From: Bacillota bacterium
GTDB taxonomy: Bacteria > Bacillota > Dehalobacteriia > UBA4068 > UBA4997
DNA: 64,000 nt
Direction of reading: 5' to 3'
Assembly: GCA_021769035.1 (NCBI GenBank)
Contig: JAETTP010000003.1
Span: 3,010 to 67,009 of the forward strand
Of this stretch, positions 55,353 through 64,000 are shown piece after piece. The notes beneath the pieces were generated by a model, which worked only from the letters and a program-made list of their open reading frames with translations, made no database searches and had not been told where the DNA came from. The translations under genes were made by a program, and so were the position numbers. Numbering within the stretch: the stretch's first letter is position 1; each line of letters begins with the position of its first letter.

Positions 55353-56555
55353 CTACGCCAAGAAAACACCGTTCAACGTCAGCAGAATACCAGCCGCAAC
55401 AGCGGTACCGATACAACCAGCCACGTTCGGGCCCATTGCGTGCATCAAGAGGAAGTTAGCAGGATTATCTTTCTGACCTACTTTTTGAGCCACACGAGCA
55501 GCCATAGGTACAGCAGATACGCCAGCAGCACCAATCAACGGGTTGAGCTTTTCTTTCAGGAACAGGTTCATAATATGAGCAACCACAACGCCACCAGCGC
55601 AAGCCATAGCGAATGCGAATACGCCCAATACGAAAATGGAAATAGTCTGAGCAGTCAAGAAAGTTGTGCCCTGTGTGGTAGCGCCCACGGAAGTGCCCAG
55701 GAAGATGGTAACGATGTTACACAAAGCATTCTGAGCAGTATCGGACAGACGGTCTACACAGCCGGACTCCTTGAACAAGTTGCCAAGCATCAGCATACCG
55801 ATCAAAGAAGAGGCAGAGGGAACGATCATCGAAACAACGATAGTGTTCACAATCGGGAACAAAATCTTGGTCAGTTTCTTAACAGGGCGCTGTTGCTTCA
55901 TAACAATCTGACGCTGAGCTTTGGTGGTCAAAGCTTTCATAACAGGCGGCAGAATAATCGGCACCATAGCCATGTAAGAGTACGCAGCAACTGCAATCGG
56001 GCCCATCAAATGCGGAGCCAATTTGCCGGACAGATAAATACAAGTCGGGCCGTCAGCACCACCAATGATACCGATAGAAGCAGCTTCAGCAAAGTTGAAA
56101 TGTACAGCAGGTACATATTCGTCCAACATCAAAGCGCCCCACAATGCGATAAACACACCAAACTGAGCAGCACCGCCCAAAATCAAGCTCTTCGGGTTAG
56201 CCAAAACCGGACCGAAGTCAGTCATAGCACCAATGCCCAAGAACATCAAAGGCGGGAAAACGCCCAAATGGTCGCCTTGATACAGATAATACAACATACC
56301 GCCGATTTCTTTTACAACGGTGTGACCCTCTTCATCAAATGCCAAAATCGGGTCAGCCATAACGCCGCTGCCGGGAATGTTCACCAACAGCATACCAAAG
56401 GAAATCGGAACCAGCAGCAAAGGCTCAAAACCCTTCTTAATTGCCAAATACATAAAGAGCAATGCAACCACGATCATAACGGCAGAGCGCCAATCAAAGA
56501 TTGCGAAGGATGTACTCTTATAGAAGTCCATAAGAGCAGCACTGATAATTTCCAC
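55353..56555 (-). CDS. mmdB: Na+-translocating decarboxylase beta subunit (membrane pump)
   Basis: 400 aa polytopic OadB/MmdB/GcdB family protein. GTG start 7 nt after GGAGGG. Confidence 0.9.
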   Translation of the reverse strand: MEIISAALMDFYKSTSFAIFDWRSAVMIVVALLFMYLAIKKGFEPLLLVPISFGMLLVNIPGSGVMADPILAFDEEGHTVVKEIGGMLYYLYQGDHLGVFPPLMFLGIGAMTDFGPVLANPKSLILGGAAQFGVFIALWGALMLDEYVPAVHFNFAEAASIGIIGGADGPTCIYLSGKLAPHLMGPIAVAAYSYMAMVPIILPPVMKALTTKAQRQIVMKQQRPVKKLTKILFPIVNTIVVSMIVPSASSLIGMLMLGNLFKESGCVDRLSDTAQNALCNIVTIFLGTSVGATTQGTTFLTAQTISIFVLGVFAFAMACAGGVVVAHIMNLFLKEKLNPLIGAAGVSAVPMAARVAQKVGQKDNPANFLLMHAMGPNVAGCIGTAVAAGILLTLNGVFLA

Positions 56556-56604
56556 AAGCTTTCCCTCCTATATCCAGTTTATTTTTTTCATAATTGCACA
56601 GCAA

Positions 56605-56991
56605 TTACATGGATACCAGAGGATCGCCAGACTGAACGGTAGCGCCCTGAGCAACGTGAACAGCGGTAACTGTGCCGTCGGCAGGAGCCATAATTTCATT
56701 CTCCATCTTCATAGCTTCCAGAATCATCAGAACGTCGCCGGCTTTAACAGACTGACCAGCAGACACGTTTACTTTCAAAATGGTGCCCGGCAGGGGGCTG
56801 GTGATGTCGCCAGCGGCAGCAGCGGCCTTCGGAGCCGGAGCCGGAGCGGGAGCAGCAACCGGAGCCGGAGCAGGAGCAGCGGCCGGGGCAGCAGCAGGAG
56901 CAGCAGCTCTCGGAGCAGAAGCAACGGAGCCAGCATCTTCAACCTCTACAGCAAAAGTTTCACCGTTTACAGTAACATTAAACTTACGCAT
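56605..56991 (-). CDS. mmdC: biotin carboxyl carrier subunit (gamma)
   Basis: 128 aa with an Ala/Pro linker and the biotinylation motif EAMKMENEI. Confidence 0.9.
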   Translation of the reverse strand: MRKFNVTVNGETFAVEVEDAGSVASAPRAAAPAAAPAAAPAPAPVAAPAPAPAPKAAAAAGDITSPLPGTILKVNVSAGQSVKAGDVLMILEAMKMENEIMAPADGTVTAVHVAQGATVQSGDPLVSM

Positions 56992-57377
56992 TATTTATTT
57001 CCTCCTTCAGTAAGTCTGGCACGATCTCCCATAAGATTACTATTGCCGGCAGCAGCCCAAGGCAGCAGCGGAGCGCCAGTTCTTTCAATAGCTTTAAATT
57101 TCAGCTCGGTAGAACCCATAGCCATAGTCACCGCAGCAACAATAGCGGCAATTTTGGCGTTGTTTTTAGCAGCCGGAGCAGGCGCTGCAGCAGGTGCAGC
57201 AGCTTTCGGCGCAGCAGCCGGAGCTGCCGGTTTCGGGGCATCGGGAGCAATCTGGTCCACGATTCTGTTCAGCAGCCAGGTGGTAAAGGTCAGGATTGCC
57301 AAAATAGCAAACACACCGCCCATACCAATGATGGTTGCCAAAGTGCCCATCATAAAATTACTGTATGCATATTCCAT
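56991..57377 (-). CDS. mmdD: OadG-family small membrane subunit (delta) with Ala/Pro-rich linker
   Basis: 128 aa with an N-terminal TM helix ([19 protein letters not shown]) and an AP-rich region. Its stop codon shares one base with the mmdC start. Confidence 0.8.
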   Translation of the reverse strand: MEYAYSNFMMGTLATIIGMGGVFAILAILTFTTWLLNRIVDQIAPDAPKPAAPAAAPKAAAPAAAPAPAAKNNAKIAAIVAAVTMAMGSTELKFKAIERTGAPLLPWAAAGNSNLMGDRARLTEGGNK

Positions 57378-57394
57378 ATTAGAATATTACCTCC

Positions 57395-58939
57395 TTACAG
57401 CGGAATGTTGCCGTGCTTTCTGGCAGGGCGAGATTCCTTCTTGCCCAACAAGCTGTCCAGGGATTTGCAGAGGTAGTAACGAGTCTTATCAGGCTCAACA
57501 ACCAAATCAACAAAACCGCGGGCCGCAGCCTTATAAGGATTAGCGAATTCTTCTTCGTATTCGGCAATCTTTTCAGCGCGTGTCTTCTCGGGGTTAGAGG
57601 AGTTCTTGATTTCCTTAGCAAACACGATGTTAGCAGCGCCGGAAGCACCCATAACAGCGATTTGCGCAGTCGGCCAGGCAATAGCAACGTCAGCGCCCAA
57701 GGATTTGCCGCACATTGCCAAGTAAGCGCCGCCGTAAGCTTTGCGGGTAATCAGAACCAGCAGCGGAACGGTAGCTTCGGAATATGCGTACAACAGCTTA
57801 GCGCCGTGACGGATAATGCCGCCATGCTCCTGAGCAACACCAGGCAGATAGCCGGGGGTGTCAACACAGGTAAGAATCGGAATATTAAATGCGTCGCACA
57901 GACGAATAAAGCGAGCAGCCTTATCGGAGCAGTCGATATCCAAGCTGCCAGCGCCCACTTTGGGCTGGTTGGCAATAACGCCTACGGAACGACCATTCAA
58001 ACGAATGAAGCCAGTCACAATATTCTTAGCGAAGTTTTCATGTACCTCAAACAGATAGCCATTATCAGCAATGCCTCTAACAACTTCTTTCATGTCATAA
58101 GGTTTGTTCGGGTTGTCCGGGATAATGCTCAGCAAGGATTCCTCGCAGCGTTCAACCGGATCGTCGCAAGCAAACACCGGAGCGCCTTCCATATTGTTGC
58201 TAGGCAGGAAGCTCAGCAGGGTTTTAACCTGCTCAATGCACTCGTCCTCGGTTGCTGCATAGAAATGAGCGTTACCGCTCTTGGTGTTGTGGGTGCGTGC
58301 GCCGCCCAAAGCTTCGGCAGTCACAACCTCGCCGGTTACAGACTGAATAACAGCCGGGCCGGTGATGAACATCTGGCATTTATCTACCATAAAGATAAAG
58401 TCAGTCAAAGCCGGGGAGTACACAGCGCCGCCGGCGCAGGGGCCCATAATAATGGACAGCTGCGGCACAACGCCGGAAGCCAAAGTGTTCAGCTTGAAAA
58501 TACGGCCGTAGCCATTCAAAGCGTCAACTGCTTCCTGAATACGAGCGCCGCCGGAATCGTTAATACCGATGCAGGGAGCGCCGTTTTTAACAGCCAGTTC
58601 CATAACCTTGCAGATTTTAGCAGCGTGCATTTCGCCCAAGGAGCCGCCCTGAACAGTGAAGTCCTGGGAGAAAACATAAACCAAACGGCCGTCAACTGTG
58701 CCGTAACCGGTCACAACGCCCTCGCCCGGAGCCTTAACTTTATCAAAGCCAAACGCAGTACCACGATGTACCACGAACTGATCCAGCTCTACAAAGCTGC
58801 CATCATCCAGAATCTTATCGATTCTTTCGCGGGCAGTATATTTGCCCTTTGCATGATGCTTGTCGATTTTTTCTTGCCCGCCGCCCAAAATAACTTCTTC
58901 ACGTTTTTTGATCAACTGAGCCAACTTATCTGTAGCCAT
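57395..58939 (-). CDS. mmdA: methylmalonyl-CoA decarboxylase alpha subunit (carboxyltransferase)
   Basis: 514 aa acyl-CoA carboxyltransferase (propionyl-CoA carboxylase beta-like). The size and the adjacent epimerase favour methylmalonyl-CoA over glutaconyl-CoA specificity. Confidence 0.85.
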   Translation of the reverse strand: MATDKLAQLIKKREEVILGGGQEKIDKHHAKGKYTARERIDKILDDGSFVELDQFVVHRGTAFGFDKVKAPGEGVVTGYGTVDGRLVYVFSQDFTVQGGSLGEMHAAKICKVMELAVKNGAPCIGINDSGGARIQEAVDALNGYGRIFKLNTLASGVVPQLSIIMGPCAGGAVYSPALTDFIFMVDKCQMFITGPAVIQSVTGEVVTAEALGGARTHNTKSGNAHFYAATEDECIEQVKTLLSFLPSNNMEGAPVFACDDPVERCEESLLSIIPDNPNKPYDMKEVVRGIADNGYLFEVHENFAKNIVTGFIRLNGRSVGVIANQPKVGAGSLDIDCSDKAARFIRLCDAFNIPILTCVDTPGYLPGVAQEHGGIIRHGAKLLYAYSEATVPLLVLITRKAYGGAYLAMCGKSLGADVAIAWPTAQIAVMGASGAANIVFAKEIKNSSNPEKTRAEKIAEYEEEFANPYKAAARGFVDLVVEPDKTRYYLCKSLDSLLGKKESRPARKHGNIPL

Positions 58940-58960
58940 CCTTTTACCTCCTAAAGTTCC

Positions 58961-59368
58961 TTATTTGTGTTCGCAAAGTTCCAGCAAAATGCCGCGGGTC
59001 GCCTTCGGATGCAGGAAAGCGATTCTGGCGCCGCCAGCGCCATTGCGAGCCACTTTGTCGATCAGGCGAACACCAGCAGCATCCAAATCAGCCAAAGCCT
59101 GGTCGATGTTATCAACCTTGAATGCAACATGCTGAATGCCCTCGCCGTTTTTCTCCAGGAACTTGGCCACAGGACCATCAGGAGTGGTGGATTCCAACAA
59201 CTCAACCCAGCTGTTTTCGCAGGGGATAAAACCAGTGGTGGTTTTCTGCTCCTCAACGGTTTCCTTGAAGTCCAGCTTCATGCCCAGAGCATCACCCCAA
59301 AAAGCCATAGCTTCATCGATGTTAGTAACAGCCACACCCAGATGATCAATTCTTTCTACCGTAAACAT
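58961..59368 (-). CDS. mce: methylmalonyl-CoA epimerase (VOC family)
   Basis: 135 aa with motifs IDHLGVAV and IQHVAF..D. SD GGAGGTG is present. Confidence 0.85.
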   Translation of the reverse strand: MFTVERIDHLGVAVTNIDEAMAFWGDALGMKLDFKETVEEQKTTTGFIPCENSWVELLESTTPDGPVAKFLEKNGEGIQHVAFKVDNIDQALADLDAAGVRLIDKVARNGAGGARIAFLHPKATRGILLELCEHK

Positions 59369-59653
59369 ATCTTTTCACCTCCAAATTTTTTTTGCAGAAC
59401 CACAGTTGTTTGGACAGTATAACTATGCCCCTGCATTTTAAAATAAAATGATTAGGATTTATATAAGAAAAGCTTGGGTTTAACCAGCTTGTTCTTACCT
59501 CGGTTTGGACCCTCTTCAGGATAACAGCCGCCCAGCATAGCAACCACGTGCCTGCGCAGGCAACCCCTCACATCACCGTGCCGCCATTTTCCGGCTTGAT
59601 AATTTATTTCTGCCAGGGCTGGTAACACCTACATTACTATAATCATATTTTCC
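59369..59653 (-). promoter_or_regulatory. long (~285 nt) 5' leader of the mce-mmd operon containing a GC-rich structured core
   Basis: A GC-rich island at about 59476-59630 is flanked by AT-rich DNA. It contains the 14-nt palindrome TGCCTGCGCAGGCA (59549-59562), partly complementary ends (59476-59488 and 59618-59629), and a weak hairpin plus TTCTTATAT near 59464-59492. It contains no credible ORF. Confidence 0.35.
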
Positions 59654-59660
59654 TGTGTAT

Positions 59661-59689
59661 ATGATAACATTAATCACAAATTTTAGCAA
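59661..59689 (-). promoter_or_regulatory. candidate promoter of the mce-mmd operon
   Basis: The minus strand reads TTGCTA (59689-59684), a 17-nt spacer, TATCAT (59666-59661). Confidence 0.4.
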
Positions 59690-59779
59690 TACAATTTTGC
59701 GAAAAATTTTGTTTCTTCTGAATTATTTTTTTTGTTTTTCACTTTCTTAACATTTCAAAAAATATATTGCCAAAAAGCA

Positions 59780-59808
59780 TTGACTTCTGAAGCAAAATAG
59801 CTTAAAAT
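59780..59808 (+). promoter_or_regulatory. sigma-A promoter of tRNA-Arg
   Basis: TTGACT (59780-59785), a 17-nt spacer, TAAAAT (59803-59808). It lies about 26 nt before the tRNA 5' end. Confidence 0.65.
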
Positions 59809-59834
59809 ATAATGTACAGCTAAACATAAAGCAC

Positions 59835-59909
59835 GCGCCTGTAGCTCAGTGGATAGAGCGTCGGCCTCCGGAGCCGAAAGCGTAGGTTCGATTCCTATCA
59901 GGCGTACCA
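59835..59909 (+). tRNA. tRNA-Arg (anticodon CCG), CCA encoded
   Basis: I folded the cloverleaf by hand. The acceptor is GCGCCTG/CAGGCGT with a G1-U72 wobble. The D arm is GCTC-AGTGGATA-GAGC. The anticodon arm is TCGGC-CTCCGGA-GCCGA (anticodon CCG). The T arm is GTAGG-TTCGATT-CCTAT. The discriminator is A, followed by CCA. Confidence 0.9.
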
Positions 59910-59910
59910 C

Positions 59911-59950
59911 AAAAAACCTTGGCAGACTCAAGTCCCCAAGGTTTTTTTTG
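59911..59950. terminator. bidirectional terminator (tRNA-Arg and convergent SDR gene)
   Basis: AAAAAACCTTGG ... CCAAGGTTTTTTTT. Confidence 0.85.
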
Positions 59951-59955
59951 CGGCC

Positions 59956-60702
59956 TCAAACCCGCGCCATGCCGTCCACGCTCAGCACCACGCCATTTAT
60001 GTACGAGGCCTTTTCCGACGCCAAAAAAACGAAAGCGTTGGCAATATCTTCCGGCTGGCCCAAACGGCGCAACGGAATTTGGGCAATCAAAGGCTCGATA
60101 ACCTCCAAAGGCACCGCCCGCATCATGTCGGTTTCAATAATCCCCGGCGCCACGGCGTTCACCCGGATGCCTTTCGGGCCCAGCTCTCTGGCCAAAGATA
60201 CCGTGAAGCCGTTCACCGCAAATTTGGAAGTCGGATAAGCCACCCCGCTGGGCTGGCCGTAAATACTTACCATCGAAGAGGTGCTCAAAATTACGCCGCT
60301 GCCCTGCTTTTCCATATACTCCACGGCGGCCCTGGTGCAGTTGTAAACACCTTTAATATTCAAATCCATCACTTTGGCAAAAATTTCTTCATTATAATCA
60401 GTGAAAGGCGTGCTGTCCGACATACCGGCATTGTTCACCAAAATATCAATCCGGCCGTATTTTTCGGCAATCCGGGCAAAGGCCTGCTGCACCGCCGCAA
60501 AATCAGCCAACTTGGGGCAAATACCCTCCACTTTGGCTGCCGGATCAGCCTCCTGCAAGCTTGCCACCGCCTGGTCTGCCGTCGTCTGCCGACTGGCGCA
60601 CAGCACCACCACAGCGCCCTCGGCCAAAAAGGCCTTGGCCGTTGCCAAACCAATGCCGCGGCTGCCGCCGGTAATCACCGCCACTTTATTTTCTAAAAGC
60701 AT
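59956..60702 (-). CDS. SDR family oxidoreductase (FabG-like 3-oxoacyl reductase)
   Basis: 248 aa with the cofactor motif TGGSRGIG, NNAG, and catalytic YxxxK (YPTSK). Confidence 0.85.
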   Translation of the reverse strand: MLLENKVAVITGGSRGIGLATAKAFLAEGAVVVLCASRQTTADQAVASLQEADPAAKVEGICPKLADFAAVQQAFARIAEKYGRIDILVNNAGMSDSTPFTDYNEEIFAKVMDLNIKGVYNCTRAAVEYMEKQGSGVILSTSSMVSIYGQPSGVAYPTSKFAVNGFTVSLARELGPKGIRVNAVAPGIIETDMMRAVPLEVIEPLIAQIPLRRLGQPEDIANAFVFLASEKASYINGVVLSVDGMARV

Positions 60703-60746
60703 TTAACCAACCTCCTGCACAACTTTTTCCAAACACTTTAGCTTTA

Positions 60747-60775
60747 ATTATATCATTTTTGTTAGCAAAAATCAA
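60747..60775 (-). promoter_or_regulatory. candidate promoter of the SDR gene
   Basis: The minus strand reads TTGATT, a 17-nt spacer, TATAAT. Confidence 0.55.
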
Positions 60776-60805
60776 TCGCTAAAATAATACAAAATTTGCA
60801 GTTTG

Positions 60806-62191
60806 CTATTGCTCGGCCGTCAGCTCCGCCCAGGGCCGCGCCGCGCCCCGTTCGTCAACCAGGCCCCAAATCAAAGGCTCCAGCTGCGGTGGTTCCGCCA
60901 CAATGCGTAAAATACTGCGCAATTCCCGCTCCGCCGCCTCAGCCCGCAGCAAGCTGCTGGCATAAATTTCCAGCAGCGTTTCGCCCTGATCCACCCAAGC
61001 CCCAGCCGGCTTCTGGAAGCGCACGCCCACCTGATAATCAATCTCGTCCTCCACACGCTCGCGTCCCGCGCCCAAAAACTGCACAATCTCCGCCACCTGC
61101 GCCGCGTCAGCCGCCGCCAGATAGCCAGACTGAGCCGCCTCAATCGGCAGAACATACTCGGCCTGCGCCAGGCTGCCGGCTTCCAAGGCAGCCGTATCGC
61201 CGCCCTGCGCCTGCAAAAACTGCAAAAGCTTGCGCCAACCGCGGCCCTCCTGCAAAGCCGCCTCCGCTTGCCGCCAGCCATCGGCCCGGCTGACCGCCAA
61301 ACCGCCCAGATAAAGCATTTCCCCAGCCAAAACCACGCACAAACGCCGTAATTCAGCCGAAACCGGCGCACATTCAGGCTGCCGCAATATCTCGGCCGCC
61401 TCAGCCACCTCCAGCGCATTGCCCACGGCTGCGCCCAAAGGCGTGCTCATCGAGGAAAGCACCGCCGTCACCCTGCGGCCGCAGCTTTGCCCCAGCTTCA
61501 CCATCAGTTGAGCCAGCTTAATGGCGCTGGCCACGTCCGGCATGAAAGCGCCGGAACCGTATTTCACATCAAGCACAATCACCTGCGCCCCAGCGGCAAT
61601 TTTTTTGGACATCACACTGGCCGCAATCAAGGGCAGAGAATCCACCGTGGCCGTCAGATCCCGCAGGGCATACAAACGCTTATCCGCCGGGGTCAGGTTT
61701 TTATTTTGCGCCACCACGGCCAGGCCAACCTCCGCCACTTGCTGCAAAAGCTCCGCCTCCGGCAAATCCAGCCGAAAACCCGGCACGGAGGCCAGCTTAT
61801 CCGCCGTGCCGCCGGTTTTGCCCAGGCTGCGCCCGCTCATTTTGGCAATCTTCAGCCCGCAGGCCGCAGCCAAAGGCATTGCAATCAGGGTCGTCTTATC
61901 GCCCACGCCGCCGGTGGAATGTTTGTCCGCCGTCACCCCGGCCAGGCCGCGCAAATCCAGCTGCTCACCGGAGGCCACAATCTCCTCCGTCAGGGCAAAG
62001 GTTTCGGCCTCGTCCAAACCGCGCCAAAAGATCGCCATCAACATGGCCGCCGTCTGATAATCCGGCACGCTGCCGTCCAGCATACTGCGCAGCCAAAAGG
62101 CCAGCTCCGCCTGCTCCAGGCGGCCACCGTCCCGTTTTTTGGCAATCAAATCATACATTGAATATTTATCTGCATAGTTTTTTTCAGCCAT
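60806..62191 (-). CDS. pdp: pyrimidine-nucleoside (thymidine) phosphorylase
   Basis: DKHSTGGVGDKT motif. Start at ATG 62191 (MAEKNY), 6 nt after AGGTGGTG. Confidence 0.9.
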   Translation of the reverse strand: MAEKNYADKYSMYDLIAKKRDGGRLEQAELAFWLRSMLDGSVPDYQTAAMLMAIFWRGLDEAETFALTEEIVASGEQLDLRGLAGVTADKHSTGGVGDKTTLIAMPLAAACGLKIAKMSGRSLGKTGGTADKLASVPGFRLDLPEAELLQQVAEVGLAVVAQNKNLTPADKRLYALRDLTATVDSLPLIAASVMSKKIAAGAQVIVLDVKYGSGAFMPDVASAIKLAQLMVKLGQSCGRRVTAVLSSMSTPLGAAVGNALEVAEAAEILRQPECAPVSAELRRLCVVLAGEMLYLGGLAVSRADGWRQAEAALQEGRGWRKLLQFLQAQGGDTAALEAGSLAQAEYVLPIEAAQSGYLAAADAAQVAEIVQFLGAGRERVEDEIDYQVGVRFQKPAGAWVDQGETLLEIYASSLLRAEAAERELRSILRIVAEPPQLEPLIWGLVDERGAARPWAELTAEQ

Positions 62192-62222
62192 ATTATTCAC
62201 CACCTGCCGCTATAAATAATTT

Positions 62223-63404
62223 CTATATTATATAGGAAAGAAAACTTTCGCCGGCCGGCAGCTTGCCAGCCCCCAGATATTCCGCGGCCGTGGCTCCCAA
62301 ATCCGCAAAACTGGGCCGAATCCCCAAATCCCGACCGCCGGCCACCGGCGCGCCAGTCGCCAGCACCGGCACATATTCCCGTGAATGGTCGGTGGAAGAG
62401 GTGGTAGGGTCGTTGCCATGATCCGCCGTAATCAACAGTAAATCCGCCGGCTGAAGCTGTGCCAAAAGCTGCGGCAGCCAAGCGTCGAACACCTCCAAGG
62501 CCGCAGCATAGCCGGCCACGTCGTTGCGATGGCCGAACTGCATATCAAAATCCACCAGATTAGCCCATATCAGACCGGTTGAGTGCTTAACCATAGCGGC
62601 CAAAATCGTCCGCATGCCGTCGGCATTATCCTTGGTCGGATAGCTAAAATCCAGGTGCTGATCGGCAAAAATATCGTGGATTTTGCCAATCGACACCACC
62701 GGCAGACCGGACGCCTGCACCGCCTCCAGCAGATTGCCGGCTGGCGGCAGCAAGGAGAAGTCGCGCCGGTTGGCCGTACGCTTAAAGCTGCCCGGCTGGC
62801 CGACAAACGGCCTGGCAATCACCCGGCCCACACCGTGCTCGCCCACCAGTAGGTGGCGGGCAATTTCGCACATCTCGTAAAGCCGCGGCAGCGGAATAAT
62901 TTCCTCGTGCGCGGCAATTTGAAACACGCTGTCCGCCGAGGTATAAACAATCGGCTTGCCGGTGCGCAGGTGCTCCTCGCCCAGCTGCTCAATAATCACC
63001 GTGCCGGAGGCCGGAATATTACCCAAAGTGCCGCGGCCAATCTGCCGTTCAAACTCCGCCAGCAGCTCCGCCGGAAAACCGTGCGGATAGGTAGGCAGCG
63101 GGTGCAGCAACGGCGTGCCGGCCAGCTCCCAATGCCCGGCCGTGGTGTCCTTGCCGCAGGAAACCTCCTGCATACGGCCAAAAGCACCGGCCGGCTCCGC
63201 CACCGGCGGCACGCCAACCAGCGGCAGAACATTGCCCAGCCCCAGCCGCTGCAAATTGGGCAGGCGCAAGCCGCCCATCGCCGCTGCAATATTGCCCAGC
63301 GTATTGCTGCCTGCGTCCCCGTAAGCAGCCGCGTCCGGCGCTTCGCCGGCGCCCACGCTGTCCAGCACAATCAAAATCACCCGTTTGTTATCAGCCTCTG
63401 CCAT
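62223..63404 (-). CDS. deoB: phosphopentomutase
   Basis: 393 aa with motifs VLDSVG.GE and [16 protein letters not shown] is present. Confidence 0.9.
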   Translation of the reverse strand: MAEADNKRVILIVLDSVGAGEAPDAAAYGDAGSNTLGNIAAAMGGLRLPNLQRLGLGNVLPLVGVPPVAEPAGAFGRMQEVSCGKDTTAGHWELAGTPLLHPLPTYPHGFPAELLAEFERQIGRGTLGNIPASGTVIIEQLGEEHLRTGKPIVYTSADSVFQIAAHEEIIPLPRLYEMCEIARHLLVGEHGVGRVIARPFVGQPGSFKRTANRRDFSLLPPAGNLLEAVQASGLPVVSIGKIHDIFADQHLDFSYPTKDNADGMRTILAAMVKHSTGLIWANLVDFDMQFGHRNDVAGYAAALEVFDAWLPQLLAQLQPADLLLITADHGNDPTTSSTDHSREYVPVLATGAPVAGGRDLGIRPSFADLGATAAEYLGAGKLPAGESFLSYII

Positions 63405-63435
63405 TTTATCAGCCTCCTAACTTTTTTACTCTCTT

Positions 63436-64000
63436 TTACATCACATCTTCAAAGGTCGCCTGCCGCACGCTCTGCACCCGAAAACCGTAAGGCGTAGCGG
63501 AAAGCTCCTTGGCCTTCACCACATTGGTTTCAAAAGTACCAATCAAACCCGGCCCCACCGTAAGATCCGATTCAAAATCCTTGCCGCTGTAAAGCACCAC
63601 AGGCTCCCCATCCCGCAAAATATCGTTGCCATTTTCATCAACCAGCACAAATTCCAGCACCACATTGTGCCAGTAGCTCTGGGTAAAATTATGCAGTTGG
63701 CCGCAAATTTTATATTTTTTATATTCTCCCTGCGCCGTCCCCTGATAATCGTTCATAATATATTCCATAATATCGACGTCAAAAGGCGTGCTTTTATCGG
63801 AGCCCAAAAAGGCGAACATCTTACTGTTTTCCTGGTCAAAGCTCATTTCCACATAACCGTCAGGAGAATACTGCTCCTGCACAACAGCCAGGCTGTTGGG
63901 AACGATGGCAATCAGGGAAAGAGGCGTAAAAGTAAGGATAATGCAAAGGATGCTTGCCACAATCAAATTGTGGCCGCTTTTGGCAGCCTCCGGCTCCGTT
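63436..64000 (-). CDS. hypothetical membrane-anchored protein (N-terminus may lie beyond the window)
   Basis: ORF 63436..63966 has a TM helix (IVASILCIILTFTPLSLIAIV) followed by a soluble domain. The frame stays open to position 64000, so the true start is unresolved. Confidence 0.5.
   Translation of the reverse strand, partial: TEPEAAKSGHNLIVASILCIILTFTPLSLIAIVPNSLAVVQEQYSPDGYVEMSFDQENSKMFAFLGSDKSTPFDVDIMEYIMNDYQGTAQGEYKKYKICGQLHNFTQSYWHNVVLEFVLVDENGNDILRDGEPVVLYSGKDFESDLTVGPGLIGTFETNVVKAKELSATPYGFRVQSVRQATFEDVM

Noticed and set aside
56790-57260. Short GCAGC/GGAGC-rich tandem repeats that look like a repeat array.
   Set aside because: They lie inside mmdC and the OadG-like gene, where they encode Ala/Pro-rich flexible linkers typical of biotin carrier and decarboxylase subunits. 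There is no spacer-repeat periodicity and no CRISPR-like structure.
57413-58954. Very long ORFs antisense to conserved genes: 513 aa opposite mmdA, 400 aa at 55440-56642 opposite mmdB, 399 aa at 51904-53103 opposite hisD, 337 aa at 2011-3024 opposite ilvE, and 246 aa at 21379-22119 opposite metQ.
   Set aside because: These are shadow ORFs caused by GC-rich codon bias. Their translations are low-complexity (Q/H/R/N/A-rich), they have no SD, and the opposite strand encodes proteins with unmistakable conserved motifs.
60796-61293. A 165-aa Pro/Ala/Arg-rich plus-strand ORF.
   Set aside because: It is antisense to the well-supported pdp gene, has low-complexity composition, and has no SD.
1-64000. 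Mobile elements, prophage, CRISPR-Cas, restriction-modification, toxin-antitoxin or other known defence systems.
   Set aside because: I found no transposase, integrase, recombinase, Cas, methylase-endonuclease pair or phage structural gene, and no terminal inverted repeats or direct-repeat arrays. The region reads as conserved chromosomal backbone apart from the lipoprotein array.

Overview
This 64-kb window is a chromosomal core segment of a sporulating Firmicute. Coding regions are GC-rich, spacers are AT-rich, and codon usage looks Clostridia-like. I call 62 protein genes, most on the minus strand, and one tRNA-Arg(CCG).

Gene content from left to right:
- SpoIID-like peptidoglycan-binding protein, ilvE, scpAB, trpS and an M50 protease.
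- The spoIIAA-spoIIAB-sigF operon, a MATE exporter and hpf.
- A seven-gene lipoprotein operon: six tandem WG-repeat paralogs plus a PstS-like binding protein.
- metNIQ and two convergent secreted proteins with copper-amine-oxidase-N-like domains.
- recG, yloV, asp23 and a CPA2 antiporter with RCK_C domains.
- A cell-wall and division cluster: a D-Ala-D-Ala carboxypeptidase (dacB/dacF-like), rodA, minEDC and PBP2 (mrdA).
- lysA-like and Orn/Lys/Arg decarboxylases, then holB-ricT-yabA-methyltransferase-rsmI.
- A complete his operon (hisZGDCBHAF-orf-hisIE-hisJ) followed by a traX-family gene.
- A Na+-translocating methylmalonyl-CoA decarboxylase operon (mce-mmdADCB).
- tRNA-Arg, an SDR reductase, pdp, deoB and a partial membrane protein.

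I found no transposase, integrase, phage gene, CRISPR array, restriction-modification system or recognisable toxin-antitoxin or defence system.

The most unusual feature is the 7.8-kb array of six translationally coupled lipoprotein paralogs (11464-19296). All five junctions have the form stop-NNN-ATG. The terminal Glu-Asp codons of each gene encode the Shine-Dalgarno sequence of the next gene. Two junctions carry a near-identical DNA cassette, and three of the genes are in-frame fusions of the basic unit.

Secondary leads are two GC-rich structured non-coding islands flanking the mmd operon (55101-55285 and 59369-59689), a possible small transcription unit at 32401-32564, an uncharacterised ORF inside the his operon, and a C-terminal-domain-only MinC.

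All calls come from reading the sequence and the ORF track. No database search was run.
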